From: Desulfarculia bacterium
Lineage (GTDB): Bacteria; Desulfobacterota; Desulfarculia; Adiutricales; JAGVGV01
Assembly: GCA_963662445.1 (NCBI GenBank)
Contig: OY759590.1
Span: 3,520,249-3,584,248, forward strand
Reading direction: 5' to 3'
DNA length: 64,000 bases
Positions 25,626-34,703 of the stretch are shown here, in pieces (the first letter of the stretch is position 1; each line of letters opens with the position of its first letter). Made by a program: the position numbers and the translations under genes. A model generated the notes under the pieces. The model worked only from the letters and a program-made list of their open reading frames with translations. It was not told the DNA's origin and ran no database searches.

Positions 25626-27292
25626 TTCGTCTCATTTCCAGAAAGGGAATCCTGCTGGTCGGGATTCCCTTGCTTTTTCTGGCGGTCTTCTACTTCTATC
25701 CGCTGCTGAGGATATTTGTCCTCAGTTTCAGGCCCGAGGGCGCCTGGGACCCGGCCAGCTTGAGCAAACTGGTCGGTTCCAGTTATTACGTCCGGACACT
25801 GTGGTTCACCACCTGGCAGGCGGCGGCCTCCACACTTCTGACTCTGGCCGCAGCCCTGCCCGGAGCTTACGTTTTTGCCCGGTATTCATTTCCAGGTAAA
25901 AAACTGCTTCAGTCCATAACGGCGGTCCCTTTCGTTCTGCCCACGGTGGTGGTTGCGGCGGCCTTTCAGGCGCTTCTGGGGCCTCGCGGTCTGGTCAACA
26001 CCTGGCTGACGGAATGGTTCGGCCTGGATTCCCCGCCGTTCAATCTGGACCGCACTTTCTGGTTCTTTCTGCTGGCCCACGTATTTTACAACTACACAAT
26101 AGTGGTGCGCATTGTCGGCGGATTCTGGGCCACCCTGGAACCGGCCCTTAATGAAGCCGCCCAGATGCTGGGAGCTTCGGCCTGGCAGGCCTTCCGCAAG
26201 ATCACCCTGCCCCTGCTCCGTCCGGCCGTGGTTGCCTCGGCCCTGCTGATCTTCATTTTCTGTTTCAGCAGTTTCGGCATCATTCTCATCCTGGGCGGCC
26301 CCCGGTTTGCCACCATCGAAGTGGAGATTTACCGGCAGGCGGTTCATATCTTCAATCTGCCCATGGCCGCGGCTCTTTCCATCATCCAGATTATTTTCAC
26401 CTTTGCCCTGATGTATGTCTTCACGTGGATACAGCGCCGGACCTCCGTGGCCCTGAATCCGGTAAGCCGGTCGGTCATGGAGAGGCGTCCGGTAAGTCTC
26501 AAGGACAAGCTCCTGGTGGGCGGGAACGCGGTTTTCATTTTACTTCTTCTCGGCGCGCCAATGCTGGCCCTGGTTCTGCGTTCCTTCACCACAGACTCAG
26601 GTTTTTCTACCGTTTTTTACCAGAGCCTGTTTGAAAACAGGACGCAGTCCCTGTTCTTCGTTCCGCCCCTGGAAGCTGTGACCAATTCCCTGCTTTTCGG
26701 CCTGGCCACACTGGTCATGGCCTCTATTCTGGGGCTGCTGGCGGCCGCCTACCTGGCCAAACCGTCATCCCGTTTGACCTCTTGGCTGGACCCGCTGTTC
26801 ATGCTGCCTCTGTCCACTTCGGCGGTCACCCTGGGCTTTGGTTTCATCATCGCTCTGGACCAGCCGCCGCTCAACCTGAGGACTTCCATCCTGCTGGTGC
26901 CGCTGGCTCATACCCTGGTGGCTTTTCCCTTTGTGGTCAGAAGCCTGCTGCCTGCCTTACGCAGCATCCCCAGAAGCCTGAAGGAAGCGGCGGCCCTGCT
27001 GGGGGCTTCGCCTTGGCAGGTCTGGAAGAACGTGGACATGCCCATAGTCGGCCGGGCCCTGCTGGTGGGCGCGGTCTTCGCCCTGACCGTCAGCCTGGGT
27101 GAATTCGGGGCCACGGTCTTTGTGGCCAGACCCCAGACTCCCACCATGCCTTTGGCTATATACCGCTTCCTGGGGCAGCCGGGAGCACTGAATTACGGCC
27201 AAGCCATGGCCATGAGCAGCCTGCTGATGCTGGTGACGGCGGCAGGCTTTCTGTTTCTGGAAAAGATGAGGATAGGCCGGGGGGAATTCTGA
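25589..27292 (+). CDS. thiP: Thiamine/iron-type ABC transporter permease (duplicated two-module permease)
   Basis: 567 aa with two tandem permease modules. The start is uncertain: ATG 25589, or GTG 25622 overlapping the thiB stop (GTGA). Confidence 0.85.
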   Translation: MDRSLDGSSLKVIRLISRKGILLVGIPLLFLAVFYFYPLLRIFVLSFRPEGAWDPASLSKLVGSSYYVRTLWFTTWQAAASTLLTLAAALPGAYVFARYSFPGKKLLQSITAVPFVLPTVVVAAAFQALLGPRGLVNTWLTEWFGLDSPPFNLDRTFWFFLLAHVFYNYTIVVRIVGGFWATLEPALNEAAQMLGASAWQAFRKITLPLLRPAVVASALLIFIFCFSSFGIILILGGPRFATIEVEIYRQAVHIFNLPMAAALSIIQIIFTFALMYVFTWIQRRTSVALNPVSRSVMERRPVSLKDKLLVGGNAVFILLLLGAPMLALVLRSFTTDSGFSTVFYQSLFENRTQSLFFVPPLEAVTNSLLFGLATLVMASILGLLAAAYLAKPSSRLTSWLDPLFMLPLSTSAVTLGFGFIIALDQPPLNLRTSILLVPLAHTLVAFPFVVRSLLPALRSIPRSLKEAAALLGASPWQVWKNVDMPIVGRALLVGAVFALTVSLGEFGATVFVARPQTPTMPLAIYRFLGQPGALNYGQAMAMSSLLMLVTAAGFLFLEKMRIGRGEF

Positions 27293-27293
27293 A

Positions 27294-28358
27294 ATGGCCC
27301 TGTTGGAAATCAGAGATATTATCAAATCATTTGTCGGCGATCCGGGTTTGTACGGGGTTAGTCTCGACCTGGAACGAGGCTGCATTCTGTGTCTGCTGGG
27401 GCCTTCGGGCTGCGGCAAGACAACTCTGTTGAGGATCGTCGCGGGTCTGGAGCAAGCCGATTCCGGACGGGTTCTTTTCGATGGGCGAGACATGTCCGCC
27501 GTCCCGCCGCATCAGCGCAACTTCGGCATGATGTTCCAGGAATTCGCCCTGTTTCCGCACAAGGATGTTTTCGAAAACGTGGCCTTCGGCCTGCGCATGC
27601 AGAAAGAATCGGCTGAAACCATAGCCCGCCGCACGGCTGACGCCCTGGCCCTGGTGGGTCTGGAAGGTTTCGCCGCCCGCAATGTCGGCGAACTGTCCGG
27701 CGGGGAACGCCAAAGGGTGGCATTGGCCCGCAGTCTGGCCCCTCAGCCCAGGCTGCTCATGCTGGACGAACCCATGGGCGCACTGGACCGGGCACTGCGT
27801 GAACGGCTGATGGTGGACATCCGCAGGATATTGAAGCGCGTGGGTATGACCAGCATCTTCGTCACCCACGACCAGGCCGAGGCCTTCGCCATCGCCGACG
27901 TCATCGCGGTGATGAATCAGGGGCGGGTGGAACAGGTTGCTCCGCCGGAGGAACTCTACCGGCGTCCGGCTAATGCGACGGTGGCCAGATTCCTCGGCTT
28001 CCACAACCTGCTGGACGGGTTGACCTCCAATGACGGCATTGTGGAAACATCCTGTGGATCGTTCCGGACATTGGACGAGGCTCCGGCGTCCGGAAACAAG
28101 GCCGTGCTTCTTCTGCGCCCGGACGCAGCCCGTCTGCCGAACGGTTCACCACCTGAACCAGGCGATACAGTTCTGGAGGGGATTCTGCGGGACCGGACCT
28201 TTCTCGGCCGTAACTACCAGATCGGACTGGAAACTTCTTCCGGGTGTTTTCTGCTGTTCGAATTGCCCAATGAACCCCGCCCGCCTCAACCAGGGGAAAA
28301 GATACGCCTGCTCATACGCCCTACCGGGCTGACCCTTATGCCCGGAAACGGGAAATAA
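27294..28358 (+). CDS. ABC transporter ATP-binding protein with C-terminal TOBE-like domain
   Basis: Walker A 'GPSGCGKTT', signature 'LSGGERQR', Walker B 'LLMLDEP'. A ~120-aa C-terminal extension resembles those of PotA/FbpC-type ATPases. Confidence 0.85.
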   Translation: MALLEIRDIIKSFVGDPGLYGVSLDLERGCILCLLGPSGCGKTTLLRIVAGLEQADSGRVLFDGRDMSAVPPHQRNFGMMFQEFALFPHKDVFENVAFGLRMQKESAETIARRTADALALVGLEGFAARNVGELSGGERQRVALARSLAPQPRLLMLDEPMGALDRALRERLMVDIRRILKRVGMTSIFVTHDQAEAFAIADVIAVMNQGRVEQVAPPEELYRRPANATVARFLGFHNLLDGLTSNDGIVETSCGSFRTLDEAPASGNKAVLLLRPDAARLPNGSPPEPGDTVLEGILRDRTFLGRNYQIGLETSSGCFLLFELPNEPRPPQPGEKIRLLIRPTGLTLMPGNGK

Positions 28359-28387
28359 AAACCCCGCCAGGAATCGGCGGGGTTTAT
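28358..28387 (+). terminator. Rho-independent terminator after the thiamine operon
   Basis: AAAACCCCGCC-AGGAATC-GGCGGGGTTTAT. Confidence 0.75.
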
Positions 28388-28399
28388 CGGAAGAATGAG

Positions 28400-28425
28400 G
28401 GCGGGGCCGGACGGCCCCGCCTTTT
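28400..28425. terminator. Second hairpin between convergent genes
   Basis: GGCGGGGCC-GGAC-GGCCCCGCC followed by TTTTCTG on the plus strand. It lies 18 nt beyond the stop of the minus-strand gene. Confidence 0.55.
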
Positions 28426-28442
28426 CTGTCAGGTTATGGTTG

Positions 28443-30947
28443 TCAGTCCAGCAGGCTGGAGATAAAGCAGCCGGCGAAGCTGTTGCCGGTGCCGCCGGTC
28501 GAATCGGACTGCACGAAGGCCGGGCCGGACGGGTCGACAATAATGCCGTTGGCCACGCCGTCGGCATCGCCGTACCCACCGTCCTTCAGTTCGAGAGTCA
28601 CCGACTTGCGGTCTTCACTGAAGGTTGCGTGAGCCGAAAAGTCCTGCCAGCCGTTGATCGAATCGTACTTGTACCAGCCGTAGCCTTCCGGAGCGGCTTC
28701 GGACAGGTAGATGGTCACCCTGGCCGTATCGCCGGGATTGGCCACCTGGAGCCTGAAGCTGATGACGCCGAAAGGCAGTTCATCCGGCCGGTTATCAGTA
28801 TCATCGATGGTCGCCGGGTCGATGGCCGCCATCTCGTCGATGGAAGTCACGTTTTCCCCGATCAGTACGGCTATCTGGCCTTCGCCCACGGCGGTGTTGA
28901 CCGCGCCCATGCCCGCCTGGCTGTTGTCAGGGGTGCCGTCGCCGTCCAGGTCCACGTCGTCGTCCACTTCCTGTTCGTCCGCAATGCCGTTGGCGTTGGC
29001 GTCCACCGGAGCCGCGCCCGTGGTGAAGGAGAACGGATCGGACCAGTAAGAAGCATTACCGGCCGCGTCGAAGAACCTGACCCGCCAGTAGTAGGTCGTG
29101 TTGGGCAGCAGAGTGGCCGTGGGTACGACCAGGGAGGTCAGCTTGGAGGCGCTGGTGATGTCCAGCTTGACATTGCTGAACGCCGCATCCAGGCTGATCT
29201 GCCAACGGGTTCCGCCATGGGTGTCGCCCTCGTCCGGATCGGAAAACTCTTCCGTTTCCAGGGCCGGGGTCAGGGAGACGCCGGAGGCGTTGTTGTCCGG
29301 ATCGTCCAGGACCGGCTTGTACGGACTGTGGATGTTGAACATGGGGTCGTAACCCGGATCGCCCAGTTCACCTTGGGCGTTGATGCCCTGCATATGGATA
29401 TTCCAGTCCGGCATGTCCTTGGGGGCGATTTCATCCGTATACAGGAGTTCCTCGGTGGTCACGAAAACCGCCACGGCTCCGCCCTGGCCGTTGGAAGCCA
29501 GGTGGGGCGCAGTCGAAAACTTCGTCGATAGGGCAGCCCCGCCCTCTTCCCAGAGCACCTCGCCCTGGGCGTCGATCCTCTGGGCCATCGTCCGGTAAAG
29601 CACAGCTGTTTTCGGGAGCAGCGCATCGGACGGCATATTATTGGTCTCGGTCCAGGCCGTGATCACGCCGCCAGAACCATCCTCGATGGTGAAACGGGGA
29701 TAAATATTGGGTGCACGCCAAAGACTATCGCCGTCTTCGGTCAGGCAGACGGGTTCATCCCAGGACAGCGAACCATCGGCGTCGACTTTCTGGACATACC
29801 TCTCGCCGTCGTCCCGGTTGCCGTAGGTGATATAGCCGCCGCCAGCCCCGTCATTGGCGAAATCAGCCGAATAACGCTCCAGTGCCACGTTGACCATCTC
29901 CGTGGGTTCGGCCCAGAGGGCATTGCCGTCGGCGTCCAGACGCTGGACCGTGATGATATCTGCCGACCAGCTGCGGGCGTCGTCAACATCTTCAGGATAA
30001 CGGCTCCAGCCGACCAGATAGCCGCCCGCGCCGTCGGGAAGCACTAACGGCGCATCGCCCCGGCCGGTATCGTCGACCACCAACGGCTCGCCGCCGTTCC
30101 AGGCCGCCTGGCCCTGGGCGTTGATCCTTTGCACCACGATGGTCGAGTCTCTGTCTTTCGGCGCATCCCAGTCCATGGACTCATATTCCCAGGCGACCAC
30201 AGCTCCGCCCTGGCCGTCAGGGGCAAAAAGCCTCACCGGGTCCTCAACATCGAACTTGATGGGGTTTTCGGCCGTTCCCCAGGCCAAAGTGCCGTCGGCC
30301 TTGATCCGGTTCAGCTCGCCGCCCATGGCGGCCATGATCACGCCGCCGTCTCCGTCGGACACGGCCCAGCCCAGGTTCGGCATTTCCGAAGAGACAATGG
30401 CCAGCACGCCGCCCTCGGCCCACTGCTTGCTGCCGTCGGCGGCCAGCTTCTGGGCTTTGAACGAATAAGAGTCGATTTCCCGGCCGGAGGCGTCTCTGCT
30501 CATACCCGTAATCGGGCTCCAGGCCACGATCAGGCCGCCCTCGCCGTCGGCCACCGCCACGGAGAGTCCCTGTTCATCCGCGTCGGTGCAGACAACAATA
30601 CCGTTCTCGGTCCACTGGGCCACGCCCAGCGAGTTGAAATGCTGGGCATATATATCATAGGAAGTAAAAGCCCGGTCGCCGGGAGCTTCGGAGTACGACC
30701 GGCCGTCGGTCCAGACCACGTAGTACCCGCCCAGTCCGTCATAAACAATGCGGGAGTCCATCTGCATATAGGAAAACGTGCAGACCGGGGTGTTGACCGC
30801 CGGGTCGGAACTCCACTGGGCCCGGGCCGAAGCCGGAGCCAGGGTGATGAGGCTGGTGATTGTCAGAAGAAAAACGATGGTGATTGAAATAAAGCCTATG
30901 AAAGTTCGAAGTTTCCTGCAGAAATCAGCTTGGGTTTGCAAAAACAT
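28443..30947 (-). CDS. Large secreted repeat protein (eight propeller-like repeats, FN3-like domain, TSP3-type Ca-binding Asp repeats, C-terminal anchor-like domain)
   Basis: 834 aa. N-terminal signal/TM segment 'FIGFISITIVFLLTITSLITLAPASARA'. Eight copies of the pattern DG.GG.(I/V/Y)(V/I).W ... Q(R/K)(I/L)(N/D)A.G...W. Also 'YYWRVRFFDAAGNASYWS', 'DANANGIADEQEVDDDVDLDGDGTPD' and 'DGGYGDADGVANGIIVDPSGP'. Confidence 0.7.
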   Translation of the reverse strand: MFLQTQADFCRKLRTFIGFISITIVFLLTITSLITLAPASARAQWSSDPAVNTPVCTFSYMQMDSRIVYDGLGGYYVVWTDGRSYSEAPGDRAFTSYDIYAQHFNSLGVAQWTENGIVVCTDADEQGLSVAVADGEGGLIVAWSPITGMSRDASGREIDSYSFKAQKLAADGSKQWAEGGVLAIVSSEMPNLGWAVSDGDGGVIMAAMGGELNRIKADGTLAWGTAENPIKFDVEDPVRLFAPDGQGGAVVAWEYESMDWDAPKDRDSTIVVQRINAQGQAAWNGGEPLVVDDTGRGDAPLVLPDGAGGYLVGWSRYPEDVDDARSWSADIITVQRLDADGNALWAEPTEMVNVALERYSADFANDGAGGGYITYGNRDDGERYVQKVDADGSLSWDEPVCLTEDGDSLWRAPNIYPRFTIEDGSGGVITAWTETNNMPSDALLPKTAVLYRTMAQRIDAQGEVLWEEGGAALSTKFSTAPHLASNGQGGAVAVFVTTEELLYTDEIAPKDMPDWNIHMQGINAQGELGDPGYDPMFNIHSPYKPVLDDPDNNASGVSLTPALETEEFSDPDEGDTHGGTRWQISLDAAFSNVKLDITSASKLTSLVVPTATLLPNTTYYWRVRFFDAAGNASYWSDPFSFTTGAAPVDANANGIADEQEVDDDVDLDGDGTPDNSQAGMGAVNTAVGEGQIAVLIGENVTSIDEMAAIDPATIDDTDNRPDELPFGVISFRLQVANPGDTARVTIYLSEAAPEGYGWYKYDSINGWQDFSAHATFSEDRKSVTLELKDGGYGDADGVANGIIVDPSGPAFVQSDSTGGTGNSFAGCFISSLLD

Positions 30948-31464
30948 AAATAAGTCTTCCCTCCAGATTAGTTGTGTCCATCATGGGTCAGATCGGCGCA
31001 ACACCCAGGCCATCCATTGTCCGCATTTCTCCGGAAAAAGCCATCAGGCTTCATGCCCCTGAATATACTGGACGAGATTCCATTTGACAGATCTGGTTGC
31101 ACGGTCTGTTAACTACCCAATCTAGTCAGCAATACCGATCAGTTGTCACATCAGTTACGCTTTTTTCACTTGCTCCCAGAAGATGGAATCAAGCTGTATT
31201 AGTCGGGTATCCTTATATTACTGATTAAACAGAGTCAAGCACTATCGGCCCACTTGTCAGGGTAATCGCATTTGAGCGCGGTTTCTGAAAGAAAAATATA
31301 GACAATGGCGATTACATATTGTATCTGACTGATATTTAATACAAAAAGGCTACGAGCTGGATAGGACAACCAATTCCTCGCCACCGTTATTCAGGCATGA
31401 TTCCCAAATACGATTACCCTGGCCTGCCCCCGCAGATCACTTGCCTTGACCGGCAAAACCAGTC

Positions 31465-31492
31465 TTGATCGCCCCATATTTTGTGGCATAAT
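31465..31492 (+). promoter_or_regulatory. Candidate sigma-70 promoter
   Basis: TTGATC, 16 nt, (TGG)CATAAT with a TG-extended -10. It lies 47 nt upstream of ATG 31539. Confidence 0.4.
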
Positions 31493-31538
31493 GAAAAAAT
31501 CTCAGCTATCGGAATTTCATAAAAAAAGGTGATCCGCC

Positions 31539-32078
31539 ATGCCGGGAAAACACGCCCCTGGTTTCCGTGAAACCGTCGACGCCCTGGTCCACGAATTATC
31601 CCGCACCGCCGTCAGGGACGTGGGAGGTGAAGCGGAAAGACAGTCCTGGCTGAGGACCTTGTACACCGCGTACAACCAGCGTTTTCTGGCCGACAACAGC
31701 CATATCTGGCACGGGGCCTCCATCATGCTGCCCCTGGCCTATGGTCTCATCGCCGCCGTGCCCTCGGCCATGCAGCACGGTCTGCCGCTGATCTTCCCGG
31801 CCCTGGCCTCCACGGTCATCGGAACGGCCAATCTCATCATCGTGGAAAATCATCGGGCCTTTCAGGACAAGAACCTTGCCCGGCTCAAGGCCATCGAACA
31901 AGTCCTCGGGGTGACCCAACCCGAAGCCGACAAGATCAGCGGTCACGGCCTGCTGGACAGACTCATCACCGCTCCGGCCATAATCCGGCGCCTCTTCCGG
32001 ATGCTCACCCTAATCCTGATCCTGTCCTGGCTGCTGCTGGCCTGGAAATACCCGCTGCAATTCTGGGGCTGCGCCTGA
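31539..32078 (+). CDS. Hypothetical membrane protein
   Basis: 179-aa ORF with about three hydrophobic helices. 'AAAAAGGTGATCCGCC' precedes the ATG. I recognised no family. Confidence 0.5.
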   Translation: MPGKHAPGFRETVDALVHELSRTAVRDVGGEAERQSWLRTLYTAYNQRFLADNSHIWHGASIMLPLAYGLIAAVPSAMQHGLPLIFPALASTVIGTANLIIVENHRAFQDKNLARLKAIEQVLGVTQPEADKISGHGLLDRLITAPAIIRRLFRMLTLILILSWLLLAWKYPLQFWGCA

Positions 32079-32182
32079 GGCAAGAAACAGGCGGCGGTTG
32101 AATGAAGGTGACCAATGAGGTGGACCGTTTTGCCGGAGGTTGTGTTATAAAAGGCCAATCATGTTATGGGGAGACGGGGGCA

Positions 32183-32950
32183 ATGCCTGGAACCGCCAAA
32201 GATAAGCGCTCTTTTGTCATGATCGGAATTCCGGCCGGCGGCTTTGTCATGGGCACAAGGCCGGGACACGGCGAAGAGGACGAGTTTCCCCAGCACGAGG
32301 TCTGGGTGGACGAATTCCTCATGGGAAGGGATCTGGTCACGGCGGCGGAATGGGCCGTTTTTCTCAATGCGGCGGGCAATCCCGGACGCAGATATTTCGA
32401 ACCATCCAGCCAGACCACGGTGGTTCTGGTTTCCGGGCTTTACTATCCGAAGAAAGGCTGTTCCGGCCATCCGGCCAACGGCGTGAACTGGTACGGGGCC
32501 TCGGCCTATTGCCAGTGGCTTGCCGACCGGACAGGCAAGCCTTACCGCCTGCCGACCGAAGCGGAATGGGAAAAAGCCGCCCGTGGCGGGCTGGAAAACA
32601 GACGCTATCCCTGGGGGGACCACGCGGCCCGGGGCCTGGCCCAGTTCAACCAGACCTGGGTCGATCCCAAACACACCATCAGTCCTGTCGGCGCCTATCC
32701 CCCCAACCGTTTCGGCCTGAACGATCTTGTCGGCAACCTCTGGGAATGGTGCGCCGACTGGTACGACGCGGGATACTACCAGACCTCCCCGCCAACCAAT
32801 CCCCAAGGCCCGGAATCCGGCGCAACCAAGGTGCTGCGCGGAGGCTCCTGGGGCAGCCTGGATTTTCAGGTGCGCTGCGGCATCAGGCTGGGTGAATTTC
32901 CCGGCGTTTCCGATTCCGGCATAGGTTTCCGCCTGGCCCGCACACCCTGA
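32183..32950 (+). CDS. Formylglycine-generating enzyme (SUMF1/EgtB/PvdO) family protein
   Basis: 'HEVWVDEFLMGRDLVT', 'HPANGVNWYGASAYCQWL', 'YRLPTEAEWEKAARGG', 'VGNLWEWCADWY', 'VLRGGSW'. The start was chosen at ATG 32183; the ORF track starts at 32102. Confidence 0.8.
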   Translation: MPGTAKDKRSFVMIGIPAGGFVMGTRPGHGEEDEFPQHEVWVDEFLMGRDLVTAAEWAVFLNAAGNPGRRYFEPSSQTTVVLVSGLYYPKKGCSGHPANGVNWYGASAYCQWLADRTGKPYRLPTEAEWEKAARGGLENRRYPWGDHAARGLAQFNQTWVDPKHTISPVGAYPPNRFGLNDLVGNLWEWCADWYDAGYYQTSPPTNPQGPESGATKVLRGGSWGSLDFQVRCGIRLGEFPGVSDSGIGFRLARTP

Positions 32951-33040
32951 AAGGGCTTCGGCAGTCTCCTTTTCCAGCCGCCTTTCTCCATCCACGGCCA
33001 ATTATATAAAAGTCCTTGCCCTCCCCATCTCTTTCCTGTA

Positions 33041-33061
33041 TGTTTGAACATATGCTCATAT
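33041..33061 (+). promoter_or_regulatory. Candidate ArsR operator (overlapping short inverted repeats)
   Basis: TGTT-TG-AACA is immediately followed by ATATG-CT-CATAT. It lies 14 nt upstream of the arsR-family start. Confidence 0.3.
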
Positions 33062-33074
33062 ATGGAGGAATGCT

Positions 33075-33449
33075 TTGACTCAAAATAAAGCCTCGTTCAT
33101 ACATAAGGATGGCTGTCAGGTCAGAGTCGTTCATCTCGAACGAGTAGCCGCAGCCCGACAGCAGGCGCTGCCTCAGCAGGAACTGGACCGGCTGGCCTTG
33201 ACCTATAAGGTCCTCGGCGACCAGACCAGGCTGAAGATGGTCATGGCCCTGGCGGGCGGAGAGATGTGTGTCTGCGACCTGGCCGCCTTCCTCGACCTGA
33301 GTGAATCGGCGGTCTCCCACCAGCTTCGCCGCCTCAAGGAACAAGCCCTGGTAAAAAACCGCCGTGACGGACAGGTACTTTTTTACAGCCTCGATGACGA
33401 TCACGTGGCCGATCTGCTGAAAACCGGACTGGAACACATAAGAGAGTAG
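33075..33449 (+). CDS. ArsR/SmtB family metalloregulatory transcriptional repressor
   Basis: 'LGDQTRLKMVMALAGGEMCVCDLAAFLDLSESAVSHQLRRLKEQALV', including the CVC metal site. TTG start with GGAGG 6 nt upstream. Confidence 0.85.
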   Translation: MTQNKASFIHKDGCQVRVVHLERVAAARQQALPQQELDRLALTYKVLGDQTRLKMVMALAGGEMCVCDLAAFLDLSESAVSHQLRRLKEQALVKNRRDGQVLFYSLDDDHVADLLKTGLEHIRE

Positions 33450-33456
33450 AAATCAG

Positions 33457-34599
33457 ATGAACGTTATCACCTACGCGGCGGAAGCGCTCGCGCAAAGCTG
33501 GCATATTTTTCTGGAATCTTCAGTCTATATCATTTTCGGCCTGCTGGCCGGCGGTTTGCTGAGGGCCTTTCTCGACCCGGACGCTGTTTCCCGGCACCTG
33601 GGACAGGGGCGGTTCAAATCGGTGTTCAAGGCGGCCTTGCTGGGCATTCCCATACCCCTCTGCTCCTGCGGAGTCCTCCCGGCGGCGGCGGCCATGAAAA
33701 AACAGGGCGCCAACAACGGGGCGACCACAGCCTTTCTTATTTCCACTCCGGAATCGGGAGTGGATTCCATTGCCATGACCTACGCCCTCATGGACCCGGT
33801 CATGACCGTGGCCCGGCCCGTGGCCGCCTTTGCCGCGGCGGCCGCCGCCGGAGTGGCGGAAAACCTTTTCACCCGGCCGGCCCCGGCTTCCGGCCTGTCC
33901 AGCCCGGAGGCGTCCGCTGGCCGGCAGGACCCGGCGATAGCCCTTCTTCCCCCATCCAGGGCAAAAACAAGCCCGAGTTTCGGCCGCAAGATAAAATCCG
34001 GCCTGTTCTACGCCGTGAATGAAATATGGAACGACATGGTTCTGTGGTTTCTGGCCGGATTGTTGCTGGCCGGAATCATCACAGCTTTGACCCCGGACGA
34101 ATTCATGGCCCGTTTTCTGGGCGGCGGCATGAGTTCCATGCTGGTCATGCTGGTGGTCGGCATCCCCCTGTATATCTGCGCCACGGCCTCGACACCCGTG
34201 GCGGCGGCCCTGATTCTCAAGGGCGTCAGCCCCGGCGCGGCCCTAGTCTTCCTTCTGGCCGGACCGGCCACCAACCTGACTTCCCTGACGGTCATCCTGA
34301 AGCTGCTCGGACGCAGAGCCACGGCCATCTATCTTGCTGCGGTGGCTGTTGTCTCGGTATTGGCCGGGCTGGCGGTGGATCAGGTCTACGCCGGACTGGG
34401 CCTGTCGGCCAGAGCCGTGGCCGGGCAGGCCGCCGAACTGGTTCCGGCCTGGGCCGAACTGGCCGGAGCCGCCATTCTCATAATACTTTCAATCAGACCG
34501 CTTTGGCGGCGGCTGAAGGCTTTGCCTTCCAGCCTCGGCGCCACCTTCAAGGGGGACAGCGGCCATGCTTCAAAAACCTGCTCGACGGGAGCAGGCTGA
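33457..34599 (+). CDS. Permease of the YraQ/ArsP (DUF318) type, possibly a metal efflux transporter
   Basis: 380-aa polytopic membrane protein with a duplicated architecture and the 'PLCSCGVLP' motif. It lies immediately after the arsR-family gene. Confidence 0.75.
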   Translation: MNVITYAAEALAQSWHIFLESSVYIIFGLLAGGLLRAFLDPDAVSRHLGQGRFKSVFKAALLGIPIPLCSCGVLPAAAAMKKQGANNGATTAFLISTPESGVDSIAMTYALMDPVMTVARPVAAFAAAAAAGVAENLFTRPAPASGLSSPEASAGRQDPAIALLPPSRAKTSPSFGRKIKSGLFYAVNEIWNDMVLWFLAGLLLAGIITALTPDEFMARFLGGGMSSMLVMLVVGIPLYICATASTPVAAALILKGVSPGAALVFLLAGPATNLTSLTVILKLLGRRATAIYLAAVAVVSVLAGLAVDQVYAGLGLSARAVAGQAAELVPAWAELAGAAILIILSIRPLWRRLKALPSSLGATFKGDSGHASKTCSTGAG

Positions 34600-34703
34600 G
34601 GCTGCTCATAGGGCCGGTGCGGCTCTGATGTTGACAAAACGATACTCGTGCGCAAGACTGGTGTTTCAGAGCGGATTCTGGGTTGCCAAGGAAGGGGAAA
34701 ACC

